Of a DNA stretch of 64,000 nt, positions 31,354-41,533 are shown in pieces. Origin of the DNA: Minisyncoccota bacterium (GTDB lineage Bacteria; Patescibacteriota; Minisyncoccia; Phycocordibacterales; UBA9973). The stretch lies in assembly GCA_036405895.1 (NCBI GenBank), contig DASWWS010000002.1, positions 20,903 through 84,902 of the forward strand. Direction: 5' to 3'. The notes under the pieces are model-generated. The model worked only from the letters and a program-made list of their open reading frames with translations, was not told the DNA's origin and ran no database searches. Position numbers and translations under genes: made by a program. Within the stretch, counting starts at the first letter, position 1. Each line of letters begins with the position of its first letter.

Positions 31354-33285
31354 CTACAGGACAATAATTTCCCACTGATTTTGATCTATATCACTAAGAT
31401 TAGCAGTATACCTATCATTATGGATAGCAACACAAAGAAGATGCGTTGGTCGAGATAATCCAACATACATCATTTTTGTAGACTCTTTATGGTAAATTCG
31501 AGCGTCGTTAAATACCGTACCCTTGAATTGTGGACTTAACCTTTGTGACTCGTATGCAATAGTTCTTTGTTGGTGGTAATTTGTTTCAAGATAAAGAGTT
31601 GCTGTATGTGTTTGACCCTTAACTGAGTGAATAGTTGCAACTTCAACTTTGATACCGTCGCCATTATAAATATTTGGAGACTCTTCCACCTCAGTATTAT
31701 AAATTGGTGTTCCAGCATGAGGAGTATCAATAAATGTCCTGCTTTCCGCTATCTCTTTGCCAAACAAGGCAAGTAGGCTGACTAAATAGGTCTTTATATC
31801 AGTAAGAACCTGATCCTTTTGTCCTTTGATAAGCCTAAAACTCCACTCAGCTAATTTTAGCTTAAAAGAATCGTATACCTCCTCATCTTGCTCACTTAGA
31901 AAGCTTAGAAACTTTTGTCGTGTATAAAATCTATCATTCTCGTCAACAATATTTTCCAAACGTAATATTCTTATAATAGCGTTAATTATATTTTTCTTAA
32001 AAGGCTCAAAAGTTTTTTCCCCAGCCTTTATATTAGAGAGATAGGCCTCAAGGCAGTCACAGTCTATTTTGGGTTGTCTTGCATCTTTAGAAAAAGTTGG
32101 GTGGTAATCACCGATTCTGGTTTTATTTGCTTCAACTTTAGTATTCCAACCGATAGCTCTATATTTATTTTTTGGAGAGTTAGTTATCTTCCCCTCATCT
32201 TGGAAAGCCTTAATCATTTCTGCAAATCTTGATATAACTTGAGAAATATTTGCATCCGTATAAACAATTATATGAGGTTTAATATCTATCTCAGATCCAT
32301 CACCATTCTTCATATGCCCAACAATGGCTATATTTTGTAGACCAAAAGGTACAACAACCTGTGCGATCTTAGGATTAAGGCGGTGGCTACCATTCAACTC
32401 TAAGACGGTAGGTCTATCAACCCATTGAGTATTCGCTTTAGCGGAATCGCTAAAAATTGATTGATTCTTGTCTCCGATTCGTTGATAGACTGACTCACTA
32501 GCACCTTCGCTGTAAAAAAGTTTTTCTAGGATATCATATTGAAGAGAGTCCATATCTTGAACCTCATCAACAAACACAAAGCGGAATCTTTTCTGCAAAA
32601 GAGTTTTAATTTGAGGATATTTATCAATCGCCTCAAATGCCAAAATAAATGCGTCCTCAAAACTGAGATAGCCTTTTTCTCTGAGTTGCTTTTTAAGAGC
32701 CAGGATTGCAACAGCTGTAGCATTGGTAGTATCTGCAAAAGTAGGAACGGGTGGATATCCGCTTGCGAGCAAGTCATTTGGATGTAGCTTGATATTAAAC
32801 AGCTTAGACTCATCACTTGTTCCAAATTGATGACCTAGCCATGCCCTTGCGGGTCCAGGCACATATTGTGACTGATAATAAGATTGATCGTCGATACGAA
32901 AAACTTTCTTTCCATATTTATTCACATAAAAAGGCGTTGCGATAAATTTATCAACAAATATCTGGATTGTTCCAACAAAGTTTGGGTAACTGAACAAATG
33001 TGAACAATATTTGCCAATCTTGTCTTTGATTTCGTCAATCGCAGCGTTCGTATGAGAAATGACTAAAATACCTGAGCCATCAGCAAAAGGTAGGTATCTA
33101 TCAAGTATTAAAAGCTTTGCTAGGAGTGCCGTTGTCTTTCCACTACCAGGAACAGCTTGTAGATCTAGAATCTCAAGATTGGTGATAAAATCACGTCGCT
33201 CCTGATCAAAATGTTGTCCATCTGGAAGCAGTATTGATTCAGCATAAGCAATATCATCTTCCGTAACATTAAGAGTTTGAGGCAT
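31354..33285 (-). CDS. UvrD-like helicase (GajB-like)
   Basis: AVPGSGKTT, SHTNAA, VDEVQD, IGDKNQSI, TIHSVKGQTH, YVGLSR. Confidence 0.88.
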   Translation of the reverse strand: MPQTLNVTEDDIAYAESILLPDGQHFDQERRDFITNLEILDLQAVPGSGKTTALLAKLLILDRYLPFADGSGILVISHTNAAIDEIKDKIGKYCSHLFSYPNFVGTIQIFVDKFIATPFYVNKYGKKVFRIDDQSYYQSQYVPGPARAWLGHQFGTSDESKLFNIKLHPNDLLASGYPPVPTFADTTNATAVAILALKKQLREKGYLSFEDAFILAFEAIDKYPQIKTLLQKRFRFVFVDEVQDMDSLQYDILEKLFYSEGASESVYQRIGDKNQSIFSDSAKANTQWVDRPTVLELNGSHRLNPKIAQVVVPFGLQNIAIVGHMKNGDGSEIDIKPHIIVYTDANISQVISRFAEMIKAFQDEGKITNSPKNKYRAIGWNTKVEANKTRIGDYHPTFSKDARQPKIDCDCLEAYLSNIKAGEKTFEPFKKNIINAIIRILRLENIVDENDRFYTRQKFLSFLSEQDEEVYDSFKLKLAEWSFRLIKGQKDQVLTDIKTYLVSLLALFGKEIAESRTFIDTPHAGTPIYNTEVEESPNIYNGDGIKVEVATIHSVKGQTHTATLYLETNYHQQRTIAYESQRLSPQFKGTVFNDARIYHKESTKMMYVGLSRPTHLLCVAIHNDRYTANLSDIDQNQWEIIVL

Positions 33286-35098
33286 AACGTATTGCTTTTA
33301 TTAAGTAGCTTATAGTGTCAGCTTCATCGTCCTTATTAATAGTGACTAACGATGTAGTGTTTTGAAAATTCTTATCTAAAAGATTAGCAAGCTTATAGGC
33401 GATTTCTGTTTTCTTTAAGCCTTTATTGATCAACTTTTCGGCTAGTGATTTTTCAAAATCATCAGTCCAATTTGTTCCTGTATGAATAGCCTCAACAACC
33501 ATTTTAAAACTATCAGATAGACAACTCGAGTTTAGAAGTGAGTATTCTAAGGTCCACTGTGGAGCAACAAAGAATTTTACATTCTCTTCTGATCTAGCCT
33601 CTATAGTAGGAATTTTAGCTATTGTTTCTGCCTCTACCGTAGCTGTATCAATCTTTGCAAACTCATATTGATTTTTCCCCGCTACCTTAACTGGCTTACC
33701 ATCGCCGTCTAACACCAAATCTTTCTGGTATCTTGGCACGTCTACATCAGTCACAACAGCAACAGGGATATTCATCGGACTACCACTTTGTCTCAAAAAG
33801 ATATTCGTATAATTTGAAAATCCTAGATTCCCAATATTAATAACGGTGACACCTTTTTCTGTTAAATCGATACCCATCTTTTTTGCAATACTCGGTATCA
33901 AAATCTCTTCTGCCCACCCCTCTACCAAAATGACACCTTTGGCAAAAAATAAATTTGCTTTTGTTGTATCAAGAAACTTTTCTAAAAAAACGTATTCTTT
34001 TTGATCGAGCTTTGTATATTCTGAACCCATTGGAAAAGCAGCGCCGTCTTTGCAAACTATTAGATGTTTAAGTTTTACCTTAGAAGCGAGATTGGGGCTG
34101 TGAGTAGTCAGTATAAGCTGAATATCCTTTTGAGCCTGAAGTACCTCTATAACCTGCATTTGAGCCTGAGGATGCAAATGTGCCTCTAACTCTTCAATTA
34201 AGCCAAGTCGTAAGCCATTCCAATTTGGTTTATTCAGGTGAAGTAACTCTGACGACATAAACAACTTGTTCAATGTTCCTAAGCCTGGGTTAATTACGCC
34301 CTTGAGCGAAAGCTCCAGTCTTTCAAGAATATTTTTCAGTTTTCCGTCATTAACTGTAAAAACAGATTCACGATCTGGGTGATAAAAAGACTGAATGTAC
34401 TTATCTATTTCATTTTTCAAATCCTGTCCTTTTAGATCACCAATAGCGACATCATCAGTGTCTTTTCCTTCAAAATATTTTTCAATCGAAGTATTAAAGT
34501 GTTTGAATATTTCAATTAGAAGGTGGTCATCTTTCTTGCCTTTAAAAGCATCATGTCCCTGAAGAATCTGGGACAATCGAGAGTTCTTTTTTGGAACCAA
34601 TTCTGATTCAGCATCTCGCAATGGTCGTAGATAAGTACTCTTCAAATAATCTCTGGCTTCTGCGTTTAGGGTAACCCCTTCTGTATCTACACCAGCTTTT
34701 ATGTCATAAGGAAATACCTGCTCTGATCCAGCACTTCTTTTTACATCCAATATTAATCTAAGAAAGCATTGTGCATCTTCTCCTTCACCGGTCCAACCGA
34801 GCCAATCAATAAAGTTCTTTGCTTCCTGAAGATTTAAATCAATGAACATTAGCTCAATCCTAAAACGAGAACTATTACCGAAGAAGTCATCTTGTTCTGC
34901 TCGAATCCAGTCAAAACTGTGAGTCTTAAGTGTAAGTTTTATAGCGTCTATAATTGCTGATTTTCCTGAATCATTCTCACCGATAAGAACATTCAATCCC
35001 TTGGTGAGGTTAAGGTCTAAATCTGGAGAATCAAGATTGAAATCAGTTGGTTTTCCATATTTTCTAAAATTCCATAACTTGATATTTGCTAGATACAT
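33269..35098 (-). CDS. OLD-family ATPase/TOPRIM nuclease (GajA-like)
   Basis: GENDSGKS, IEELEAHLHPQAQ, TTHSP, ILVEGWAE, TDVD. Confidence 0.88.
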   Translation of the reverse strand: MYLANIKLWNFRKYGKPTDFNLDSPDLDLNLTKGLNVLIGENDSGKSAIIDAIKLTLKTHSFDWIRAEQDDFFGNSSRFRIELMFIDLNLQEAKNFIDWLGWTGEGEDAQCFLRLILDVKRSAGSEQVFPYDIKAGVDTEGVTLNAEARDYLKSTYLRPLRDAESELVPKKNSRLSQILQGHDAFKGKKDDHLLIEIFKHFNTSIEKYFEGKDTDDVAIGDLKGQDLKNEIDKYIQSFYHPDRESVFTVNDGKLKNILERLELSLKGVINPGLGTLNKLFMSSELLHLNKPNWNGLRLGLIEELEAHLHPQAQMQVIEVLQAQKDIQLILTTHSPNLASKVKLKHLIVCKDGAAFPMGSEYTKLDQKEYVFLEKFLDTTKANLFFAKGVILVEGWAEEILIPSIAKKMGIDLTEKGVTVINIGNLGFSNYTNIFLRQSGSPMNIPVAVVTDVDVPRYQKDLVLDGDGKPVKVAGKNQYEFAKIDTATVEAETIAKIPTIEARSEENVKFFVAPQWTLEYSLLNSSCLSDSFKMVVEAIHTGTNWTDDFEKSLAEKLINKGLKKTEIAYKLANLLDKNFQNTTSLVTINKDDEADTISYLIKAIRYASNS

Positions 35099-35167
35099 GA
35101 TGGGCTGATTCTAGCATTTTCAGAGATGTTTTTGAAATAAAAAATGTCTTAAAATAAATTTCATGTC

Positions 35168-36847
35168 CTAATACCCTCCCTGCGGTTGCTCGGGCTTTGG
35201 CGCATCAGGGTCGTCGGCGATGGCGACGTCGGTTGTCAGGAGGATGCCGGCGGCTGAGGCTGCATTCTGCAGTGCTGTGCGGGTGACTTTAACCGGGTCA
35301 ATGATTCCTTTTTTCATCATTTCGACTAGTACAAAATCGCCAGAGAGTGTATCTGCCCCTGCGTCATAGCCAAATGCATTCTCGGACTTCTGCACTGCGT
35401 CCACTACAAGAGACGGATCTGTGTGGCCTGCATTGTGTGCAATTTGCCGCAATGGTGCAGTGAGTGCATCAGTGAGTGCCATGTAGCCTGCCATGAATTC
35501 AGACTCGTGCTTATCTGTCGCAGACTTTTTGTAGCGCGCACTCTTGAACATTGCACTAGTGACAGTGCCAGATACTTTTGCAAGCGCCACTCCGCCGCCG
35601 GGCACAATTCCCTCTTCGATTGCAGCTTTGGTTGCGTTGACTGCGTCTTCGATTTTGAGCTTAAGATACTTCATCTCTGTTTCTGTTGCAGCCCCTACAC
35701 GAATAACTGCAACACCGCTGGTTAGCTTTGCGATGCGCTTTTCGAGGTGGTCGCGGGTGAACTTATCGAGCTTGCTGCCGCCTACTTGAGTGAGCTCTCC
35801 TTTGATAGCGTCAACACGTTCTTTGATAGCACTCTTCTTTCCTTTGCCGTCTACGATGACTGTTTTCTCTTTTGTTGAAATGACTTTGCCAGCTTTACCC
35901 AATACAGAGGTGTCTGCTGTCTCAAGCGCGATGCCAAGCGCATCAGTCACCACTGTTGCACCAACAAGCGCTGCAATGTCTGCAAGCTCTCCTGCCTTGC
36001 GGTCGCCAAACCCTGGGGCCTTGATTGCGAGAATATTGAAAATGCCGCGGATTTTGTTTAATACGAATGTCGTGAGTGCTTCGCCGTCGATATCTTCGGC
36101 AATAATCACCAATTCTTTTTTACCCGCAGCTGCGAGTTTCTCAAGAAGCGGAAGGACGTCCTTAATAGCAGAAATCTTTTTGTCGGTCACCAATACGGGA
36201 ACAGTGGTGTAGCTCGCCTCTCCGCGCTCTGCATTGTTGATCATGTAGTGCGAGACGAAGCCTTTGTCGAATTCCATTCCTTCTACCACTTCGCTTGTGA
36301 CACCAAACACTTGGGACTCTTCTACTGTCACCACGCCGTCAGTGCCAACCTTATCTATAGTACTTGCGATGATGCCGCCAATTTCAGTACTCTCGGCAGA
36401 AATGGTTGCAACCTGCTTGATCTCTTCTTTGTTTTTTACTGGGCGCGCCATGCCGCGAAGCGCCTCTACAACATCTGCGGCTGCAGCTTCAATGCCTTGG
36501 CGAAGTATCAGGCCATTTGCACCGGCGCCAATGCGCTTTACGCCTTCTGTGGCGATAGCGGCCGTGAGTACTACTGAGGTGGTAGTGCCGTCTCCTGCCG
36601 TGTCATTGGTCTTGCTTGCGACTTCTTTGATAATTTCGGCTCCCATGTTTTCGAACTTGTCGAGAAGCGTGATTTCGCGCGCGATAGAGACGCCGTCGTT
36701 GGTGATCATCGGCGCGCCGTATCCTTTATCGAATACGACATTTCGCCCGCGGGGGCCAAGCGTGATGCGCACTGCATCCGCTACTGTATTGAGTCCTTTT
36801 GTGAGCGCTTCTTGCGCTTCGATGCCGTGTAAGATTTTCTTTGCCAT
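35168..36847 (-). CDS. groL: Chaperonin GroEL
   Basis: TLGPRGRNV, AGDGTTTS, GIVPGGGV, GIIDPVKVTR. Confidence 0.98.
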   Translation of the reverse strand: MAKKILHGIEAQEALTKGLNTVADAVRITLGPRGRNVVFDKGYGAPMITNDGVSIAREITLLDKFENMGAEIIKEVASKTNDTAGDGTTTSVVLTAAIATEGVKRIGAGANGLILRQGIEAAAADVVEALRGMARPVKNKEEIKQVATISAESTEIGGIIASTIDKVGTDGVVTVEESQVFGVTSEVVEGMEFDKGFVSHYMINNAERGEASYTTVPVLVTDKKISAIKDVLPLLEKLAAAGKKELVIIAEDIDGEALTTFVLNKIRGIFNILAIKAPGFGDRKAGELADIAALVGATVVTDALGIALETADTSVLGKAGKVISTKEKTVIVDGKGKKSAIKERVDAIKGELTQVGGSKLDKFTRDHLEKRIAKLTSGVAVIRVGAATETEMKYLKLKIEDAVNATKAAIEEGIVPGGGVALAKVSGTVTSAMFKSARYKKSATDKHESEFMAGYMALTDALTAPLRQIAHNAGHTDPSLVVDAVQKSENAFGYDAGADTLSGDFVLVEMMKKGIIDPVKVTRTALQNAASAAGILLTTDVAIADDPDAPKPEQPQGGY

Positions 36848-36848
36848 A

Positions 36849-37145
36849 TTATTTGATAATCGCTAATATCTGGTCTTCGCGCAATATATAGTATTCGATA
36901 CCGTCTACTACTATTACTTCCGGGCCGTATTTGGAAAACAATACTTCGTCTCCCACTTTTACCTCAACAGGAATTGCTTCTCCTTTGTCGTTCTTTCGAC
37001 CCTTGCCCACCGCTGTCACTACTCCGCGCTCCGGGCGCTCTTTGCCAGCGGTGTCTGGAATAATAATCCCTGAGAGGGTTTTCTTCTCTGTTACCACGCT
37101 TACTACCACGCGGTCAGCAAGCGGAATGATTGTTGTCTTTGCCAT
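36849..37145 (-). CDS. groS: Co-chaperonin GroES
   Basis: PLADRVVV, SGIIIPDTA, VKVGDEVLFSKY; start at ATG 37145. Confidence 0.97.
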   Translation of the reverse strand: MAKTTIIPLADRVVVSVVTEKKTLSGIIIPDTAGKERPERGVVTAVGKGRKNDKGEAIPVEVKVGDEVLFSKYGPEVIVVDGIEYYILREDQILAIIK

Positions 37146-37197
37146 ATGCACACAGTATATAGGAAAGCGCGGGTATAAAAAATCCAAATAAAAAAAC

Positions 37198-37662
37198 TCA
37201 CTTTCGTGAGCCTTGTTTGATTCGGTGGGCATAATATATTGATGCCATGCGCAAAAGCGACAGCATCATGCCAATAGTGAGCACCACTGCACTTGCATAG
37301 ACAAATCCGTTAAACGGAAAGTACAACAACAGCAAGCGAAAGAGTGCTCCGAAAATAAAACTTCCCATAATGCAGGTGTAGCAGAACCGCACGATGTAGT
37401 ACCCCAAGAACGTGTTCATTACCGGAAAAATCACTGATTCGGGAGCGTCGTCCCACGGCATGAAAACGACAAGAAGAATGCTGTACATGATAATCAAGCC
37501 TATTTCCAGACCAAAGGAGGTGAGGAACAGTACTTTTTTTGCATAATCGAGGTCGTGGAGCTGTACCACTTGAACAATCCGCATGATGCAAAACAAACAG
37601 AGGAAAATGCAGATGAAGCGAGCAATGGCGACACTTGTCCGCGGAGAGGTATTTTCTTTCAT
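37198..37662 (-). CDS. Hypothetical multi-TM protein (orphan)
   Basis: 154-aa hydrophobic ORF filling the groES-secG gap. Confidence 0.55.
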   Translation of the reverse strand: MKENTSPRTSVAIARFICIFLCLFCIMRIVQVVQLHDLDYAKKVLFLTSFGLEIGLIIMYSILLVVFMPWDDAPESVIFPVMNTFLGYYIVRFCYTCIMGSFIFGALFRLLLLYFPFNGFVYASAVVLTIGMMLSLLRMASIYYAHRIKQGSRK

Positions 37663-37777
37663 ATTTCAATTTTTTTCTATATCACCATATTTGGGGTAAA
37701 TAATCAAGGGTAGCTTCGAAAAGCGCGCCTGGGTTTACGAACGGCACCGCGGGTGCTATAATCATCTCGTTTCACCT

Positions 37778-38005
37778 ATGGTAACAACTCTGCACAGCAT
37801 TCAAATAATCTTGGCACTTGCACTCATTGCCCTTATCCTTCTCCAGCGCCCTTCAAGCGATGCGAGCGGTATTCCTGTTGGCGGAGACAGTGCGTCATTT
37901 TTGCATACTCGCAGAGGTGCTGAGCGCTTCTTCTTTGTAATGACCGTATCGGTTTCGATTGCATTTGCTGCAGTCTCTCTCGCCGTTATTGTTCTTGCTG
38001 CATAA
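37778..38005 (+). CDS. secG: Preprotein translocase subunit SecG
   Basis: LILLQ...GG...TRRGAERFF, two TM helices. Confidence 0.9.
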   Translation: MVTTLHSIQIILALALIALILLQRPSSDASGIPVGGDSASFLHTRRGAERFFFVMTVSVSIAFAAVSLAVIVLAA

Positions 38006-38047
38006 AGAACCAGCCTCCTTCCACACACACGGGTGAGCCGACTCACA

Positions 38048-39583
38048 ATGGCATCCTTTTTTTCTTTTCTCTCCCACAAAAAAATCCCCTCTCCACAAAA
38101 ACTCCGCGCCCTTTTGCGCGGGGAAATGACAGCATACCGCAAGCTTGCGATCGGCCTTTTTATCGCTGTGCTTACAGCGGCCTTTTTCACGCTCGTTGCA
38201 TTTCATAATTCATTCCTTGTCACCGTGCCCGCTCCGGGTGGCGCTTTAAGCGAAGGGATTATCGGCGCGCCAAAGTCTATCAACCCTGTCCTTGCAATGA
38301 CAGACACCGATATTGCGCTCACACACCTTATCTACGCCGGCCTCATGAAAGAAACAAGCGCAGGCGACATCATCCCCGAACTTGCCGAGAGCTATACCCT
38401 CTCGCCCGACAGCCGAACCTATACCGTAACCCTTCGCGATGCCAAATTCCACGACGGAAAAAAGCTTACTTCCAATGACGTACTCTTCACTGTGGGCAAA
38501 CTCCAGAACAGCGCACTGAACCCTGCACAAACAGCATATTGGGGCGATGTGGGCGTGGAAACGCCTGACGAAGCTACTGTTGTATTTCGACTTCCCTCTC
38601 CGCGCGCAGACTTTTTGCGCCGTATGACTGTGGGCATACTTCCGGAACATGTGTGGGCCGATATTGCCGACGAGAATTTTGCGACTGCTCCGGAAAATGT
38701 GCACCCTGTTGGCGCGGGCGCATTTAAGCTTGCACGCACTGCAAGCGAGCGTGGTGTAGCAACACTGCTTGTCTTTAAGCGCAATCACAACTATGTACTC
38801 GGTGCGCCTTTATTGAAAAAGCTCTCAGTGCATATTTTTAACAATCAAAATGAATTAATGAGCGCAGTTGAGGATGGCGACGTGGATGTAACGCTTGCGC
38901 TTGCCCCTGAAACCTTGCGCGATTCCGCGGATGCCGAATATTCCGTAGCCCCAATCACTACTCCAACCGAAGCGACACTGTACCACTTGCGCGGAGACGG
39001 AGGTGCGCTTGCGAATGCCGCATTTGTGACCGTACTTGCGCAATATATTGACAAAGAGCGAATAATCGATATAGTAGAAAACGGTTATGGAACTCCGATC
39101 GAAGAATCGGGTTCGCTTACAAAGGAAAATGAGAACGCGCACGACCGCCTTCTCGCACTTGGCTACCGATTGCAAAACGGTACGCTCATGAAAAATGGTT
39201 CTTCTGTCGGATTCTCGATAGCAACGATCAACACTCCTTCGAACACTGCTCTTGCCAATGCCCTTGCGGAAGAAGTCCGCGCGCTTGGAGTGACAGTTTC
39301 GGTAAGAAGCTTTGATCCGGGATTCTTTCAGTCGGCGCTTGCGAGCGGGGCCTTCAATGCCATTTTGGCAAAAGGCGCCTCGCCTTCAAATGCGTACGAA
39401 GCGGTCATCCCGCTGTACACGACCACTATTCCTTTTGTGACCAAAACAGATGCTCATGGTATTATTCCTCCTGTACTTATCTCTCCCGTGCTTCGGTACG
39501 CGAATGTAAATGACTGGTATGTGAATACCGACCGGCTCTACCCCGGCCTCGCGAAAAAGAAGACCGAGAACACTAATTACTAA
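38048..39583 (+). CDS. ABC transporter substrate-binding protein, family 5 (peptide/nickel)
   Basis: INPVLA, LIYAGL, PELAESY, KFHDGKKLTSNDVLFT, PVGAGAF. Confidence 0.85.
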   Translation: MASFFSFLSHKKIPSPQKLRALLRGEMTAYRKLAIGLFIAVLTAAFFTLVAFHNSFLVTVPAPGGALSEGIIGAPKSINPVLAMTDTDIALTHLIYAGLMKETSAGDIIPELAESYTLSPDSRTYTVTLRDAKFHDGKKLTSNDVLFTVGKLQNSALNPAQTAYWGDVGVETPDEATVVFRLPSPRADFLRRMTVGILPEHVWADIADENFATAPENVHPVGAGAFKLARTASERGVATLLVFKRNHNYVLGAPLLKKLSVHIFNNQNELMSAVEDGDVDVTLALAPETLRDSADAEYSVAPITTPTEATLYHLRGDGGALANAAFVTVLAQYIDKERIIDIVENGYGTPIEESGSLTKENENAHDRLLALGYRLQNGTLMKNGSSVGFSIATINTPSNTALANALAEEVRALGVTVSVRSFDPGFFQSALASGAFNAILAKGASPSNAYEAVIPLYTTTIPFVTKTDAHGIIPPVLISPVLRYANVNDWYVNTDRLYPGLAKKKTENTNY

Positions 39584-39592
39584 CTTTTATAT

Positions 39593-41497
39593 ATGGAACA
39601 ACAAACAAACACACAACCAAAAAGACAATTTAACAATGCAACTCCTCGCACTCCGGGCGCGCCTGGTACAGGTGCTGGAAAGCCGAAGCGGTCATTCAAC
39701 CGTCGAGGACAAGGCGGCGGAGGCGGACGCAACCGACGCCCTGCATGGCCAAAAAATGAAGGCCAGGAAAACATGGTGGAAGAGCGAAAGACAGCGCATA
39801 TTCCCGACCCTGAAGAGGGTGTGATTCGCGTGATTCCTCTTGGAGGCGTGGAAGAAATCGGAAAGAACATGACCGTTATTGAAATCGGCGACGACATCAT
39901 CGTCATCGATGCAGGTATGGCGTTTTCAAACGAAACTACTCCGGGTATCGACTACGTGATCCCGAACACCCGCTACCTCGAAGAGCGCAAGCACAAAATT
40001 CGAGCGCTTATCATAACCCACGGACACCTCGACCACATCGGAGGAGTGCCGCTGGTACTCTCTCGCATCGGCAACCCGCCAGTGTATTCCCGCAACCTGA
40101 CAGTATTGATGCTGAAAAAGCGCCAGGCTGAATTCCCGCATCTTCCCGCAATGAACACGGTGATTGTTGAGAACAACGAAACAGTGACACTCGGAAAAAT
40201 GCGCGTGAAATTCTGGGGCGTAACGCACACTATTCCCGACTCTATGGGGGTAATTATCGAAACACCGCACGGCATACTCGCAAACCCTGGAGACTACAAG
40301 CTCGACCAAATTGACGGCATTGTGACAGAAAGCGAAGAGAAGGCGTACAAGATCTTTGACTCAATGAAGACCTTGCTTCTTTTTACCGACTCTACCAACA
40401 TCGAAAACGAAGGCTTCTCATTGCCTGAGATCAAGGTGCACCAGGGGCTCGAGACGATTCTCCGCCGCGAAAGCAACCAACGCGTTATCATTGCAGCCTT
40501 TGCCTCTCATATCACGCGCCTTATCAAGCTCGTGGAAATTGCCGAATCATTGGGCAAGCACATCTTCCTCAATGGCCGCTCAATGAAGACAAACATTGAA
40601 ATTGCGATTCAGGCAGGCCTCCTCAAGCCAAAGAAGGACACTATTGTATCAATGGATGAAATCGACAGATTCCCTCCTCACAAGTGCATCGTGCTTTCAA
40701 CCGGCGGACAAGGTGAAGAATTCTCCGGATTGATGCGCGCCGCAAACAAGACCGACAAAAAGTTTGCGCTGAAGAAAACAGACACGGTGATTCTTTCGTC
40801 ATCTGTTATTCCAGGAAACGAACGCGCAATCGAGCGCATGAAGGACGGCATCGCGCGCCAGGGTGTAAAAATCATCGGCTACCGAACTCCGGGCGAAGAA
40901 TACGTGCACGCAACCGGACACGGAAACAAAGAAGACGTTCGATGGCTGCACCGCAAAGTGAATGAAAAATTCTTTATTCCTATTCACGGCAACCACTACC
41001 GACTCCAGCAGCACAAGGACCTTGCAATGGAGCTTGGTGTTCCTGAAAACAACATTGTTGTTCCCGACAACGGAAGCATTATTGAAATCTCTGCTGACGG
41101 AGAGCGCATCAGCGTTCGCAAAGAAAAAGCTCCTGCACAGGCAATGATGGTGGACGGCTTCTCTATCGGCGACGAGCAGACTGTTGTTATCCGCGACCGA
41201 CAAATGCTCGCAGAAGACGGCATGTTCGTTGTGATGGCCCTTGTAGACGCGAAAACAGGCCTTCTGAAGAAGTCTCCTGACCTTATCTCTCGTGGATTCG
41301 TATATCTTAAGGAAAACCAAGAACTCCTTCGCACAGCACGCACATTGATTAAGCGCACCATCGAGCAAAGCACTAAAGGGCAAAACCCTATCGACTTTGA
41401 CATGGCAAAAAATGCTGTTGCGGAAACGGTTTCAAAATACCTCTTCCAGAACACGGCAAAGCGCCCGCTCGTTATCCCAGTTATCTTGGCAATCTAA
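39593..41497 (+). CDS. rnj: Ribonuclease J
   Basis: PLGGVEEIGKNM, THGHLDHIGG, HATGHG, PIHG. Confidence 0.95.
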   Translation: MEQQTNTQPKRQFNNATPRTPGAPGTGAGKPKRSFNRRGQGGGGGRNRRPAWPKNEGQENMVEERKTAHIPDPEEGVIRVIPLGGVEEIGKNMTVIEIGDDIIVIDAGMAFSNETTPGIDYVIPNTRYLEERKHKIRALIITHGHLDHIGGVPLVLSRIGNPPVYSRNLTVLMLKKRQAEFPHLPAMNTVIVENNETVTLGKMRVKFWGVTHTIPDSMGVIIETPHGILANPGDYKLDQIDGIVTESEEKAYKIFDSMKTLLLFTDSTNIENEGFSLPEIKVHQGLETILRRESNQRVIIAAFASHITRLIKLVEIAESLGKHIFLNGRSMKTNIEIAIQAGLLKPKKDTIVSMDEIDRFPPHKCIVLSTGGQGEEFSGLMRAANKTDKKFALKKTDTVILSSSVIPGNERAIERMKDGIARQGVKIIGYRTPGEEYVHATGHGNKEDVRWLHRKVNEKFFIPIHGNHYRLQQHKDLAMELGVPENNIVVPDNGSIIEISADGERISVRKEKAPAQAMMVDGFSIGDEQTVVIRDRQMLAEDGMFVVMALVDAKTGLLKKSPDLISRGFVYLKENQELLRTARTLIKRTIEQSTKGQNPIDFDMAKNAVAETVSKYLFQNTAKRPLVIPVILAI

Positions 41498-41533
41498 TCC
41501 TCACCGCGCTTTAAACTGCGCTATACTACCCCT

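Larger units (their letters stand above)
27761..35098. mobile_element. AT-rich anti-phage defence island (no integrase seen)
   Basis: Abrupt shift to AT-rich sequence; six defence-type genes next to the groEL 3' end. Confidence 0.7.

Noticed and set aside
27720-35167. att direct repeats bounding the defence island
   Set aside because: Only a short AT-rich match (ATGTCTTA near 27756 and 35143), expected by chance; no integrase or tRNA at the edges
36152-36163. AAGGACGTCCTT palindrome in groEL as another REP unit
   Set aside because: Lacks the central base and the arms; encodes the conserved KDVL segment of GroEL, so probably chance
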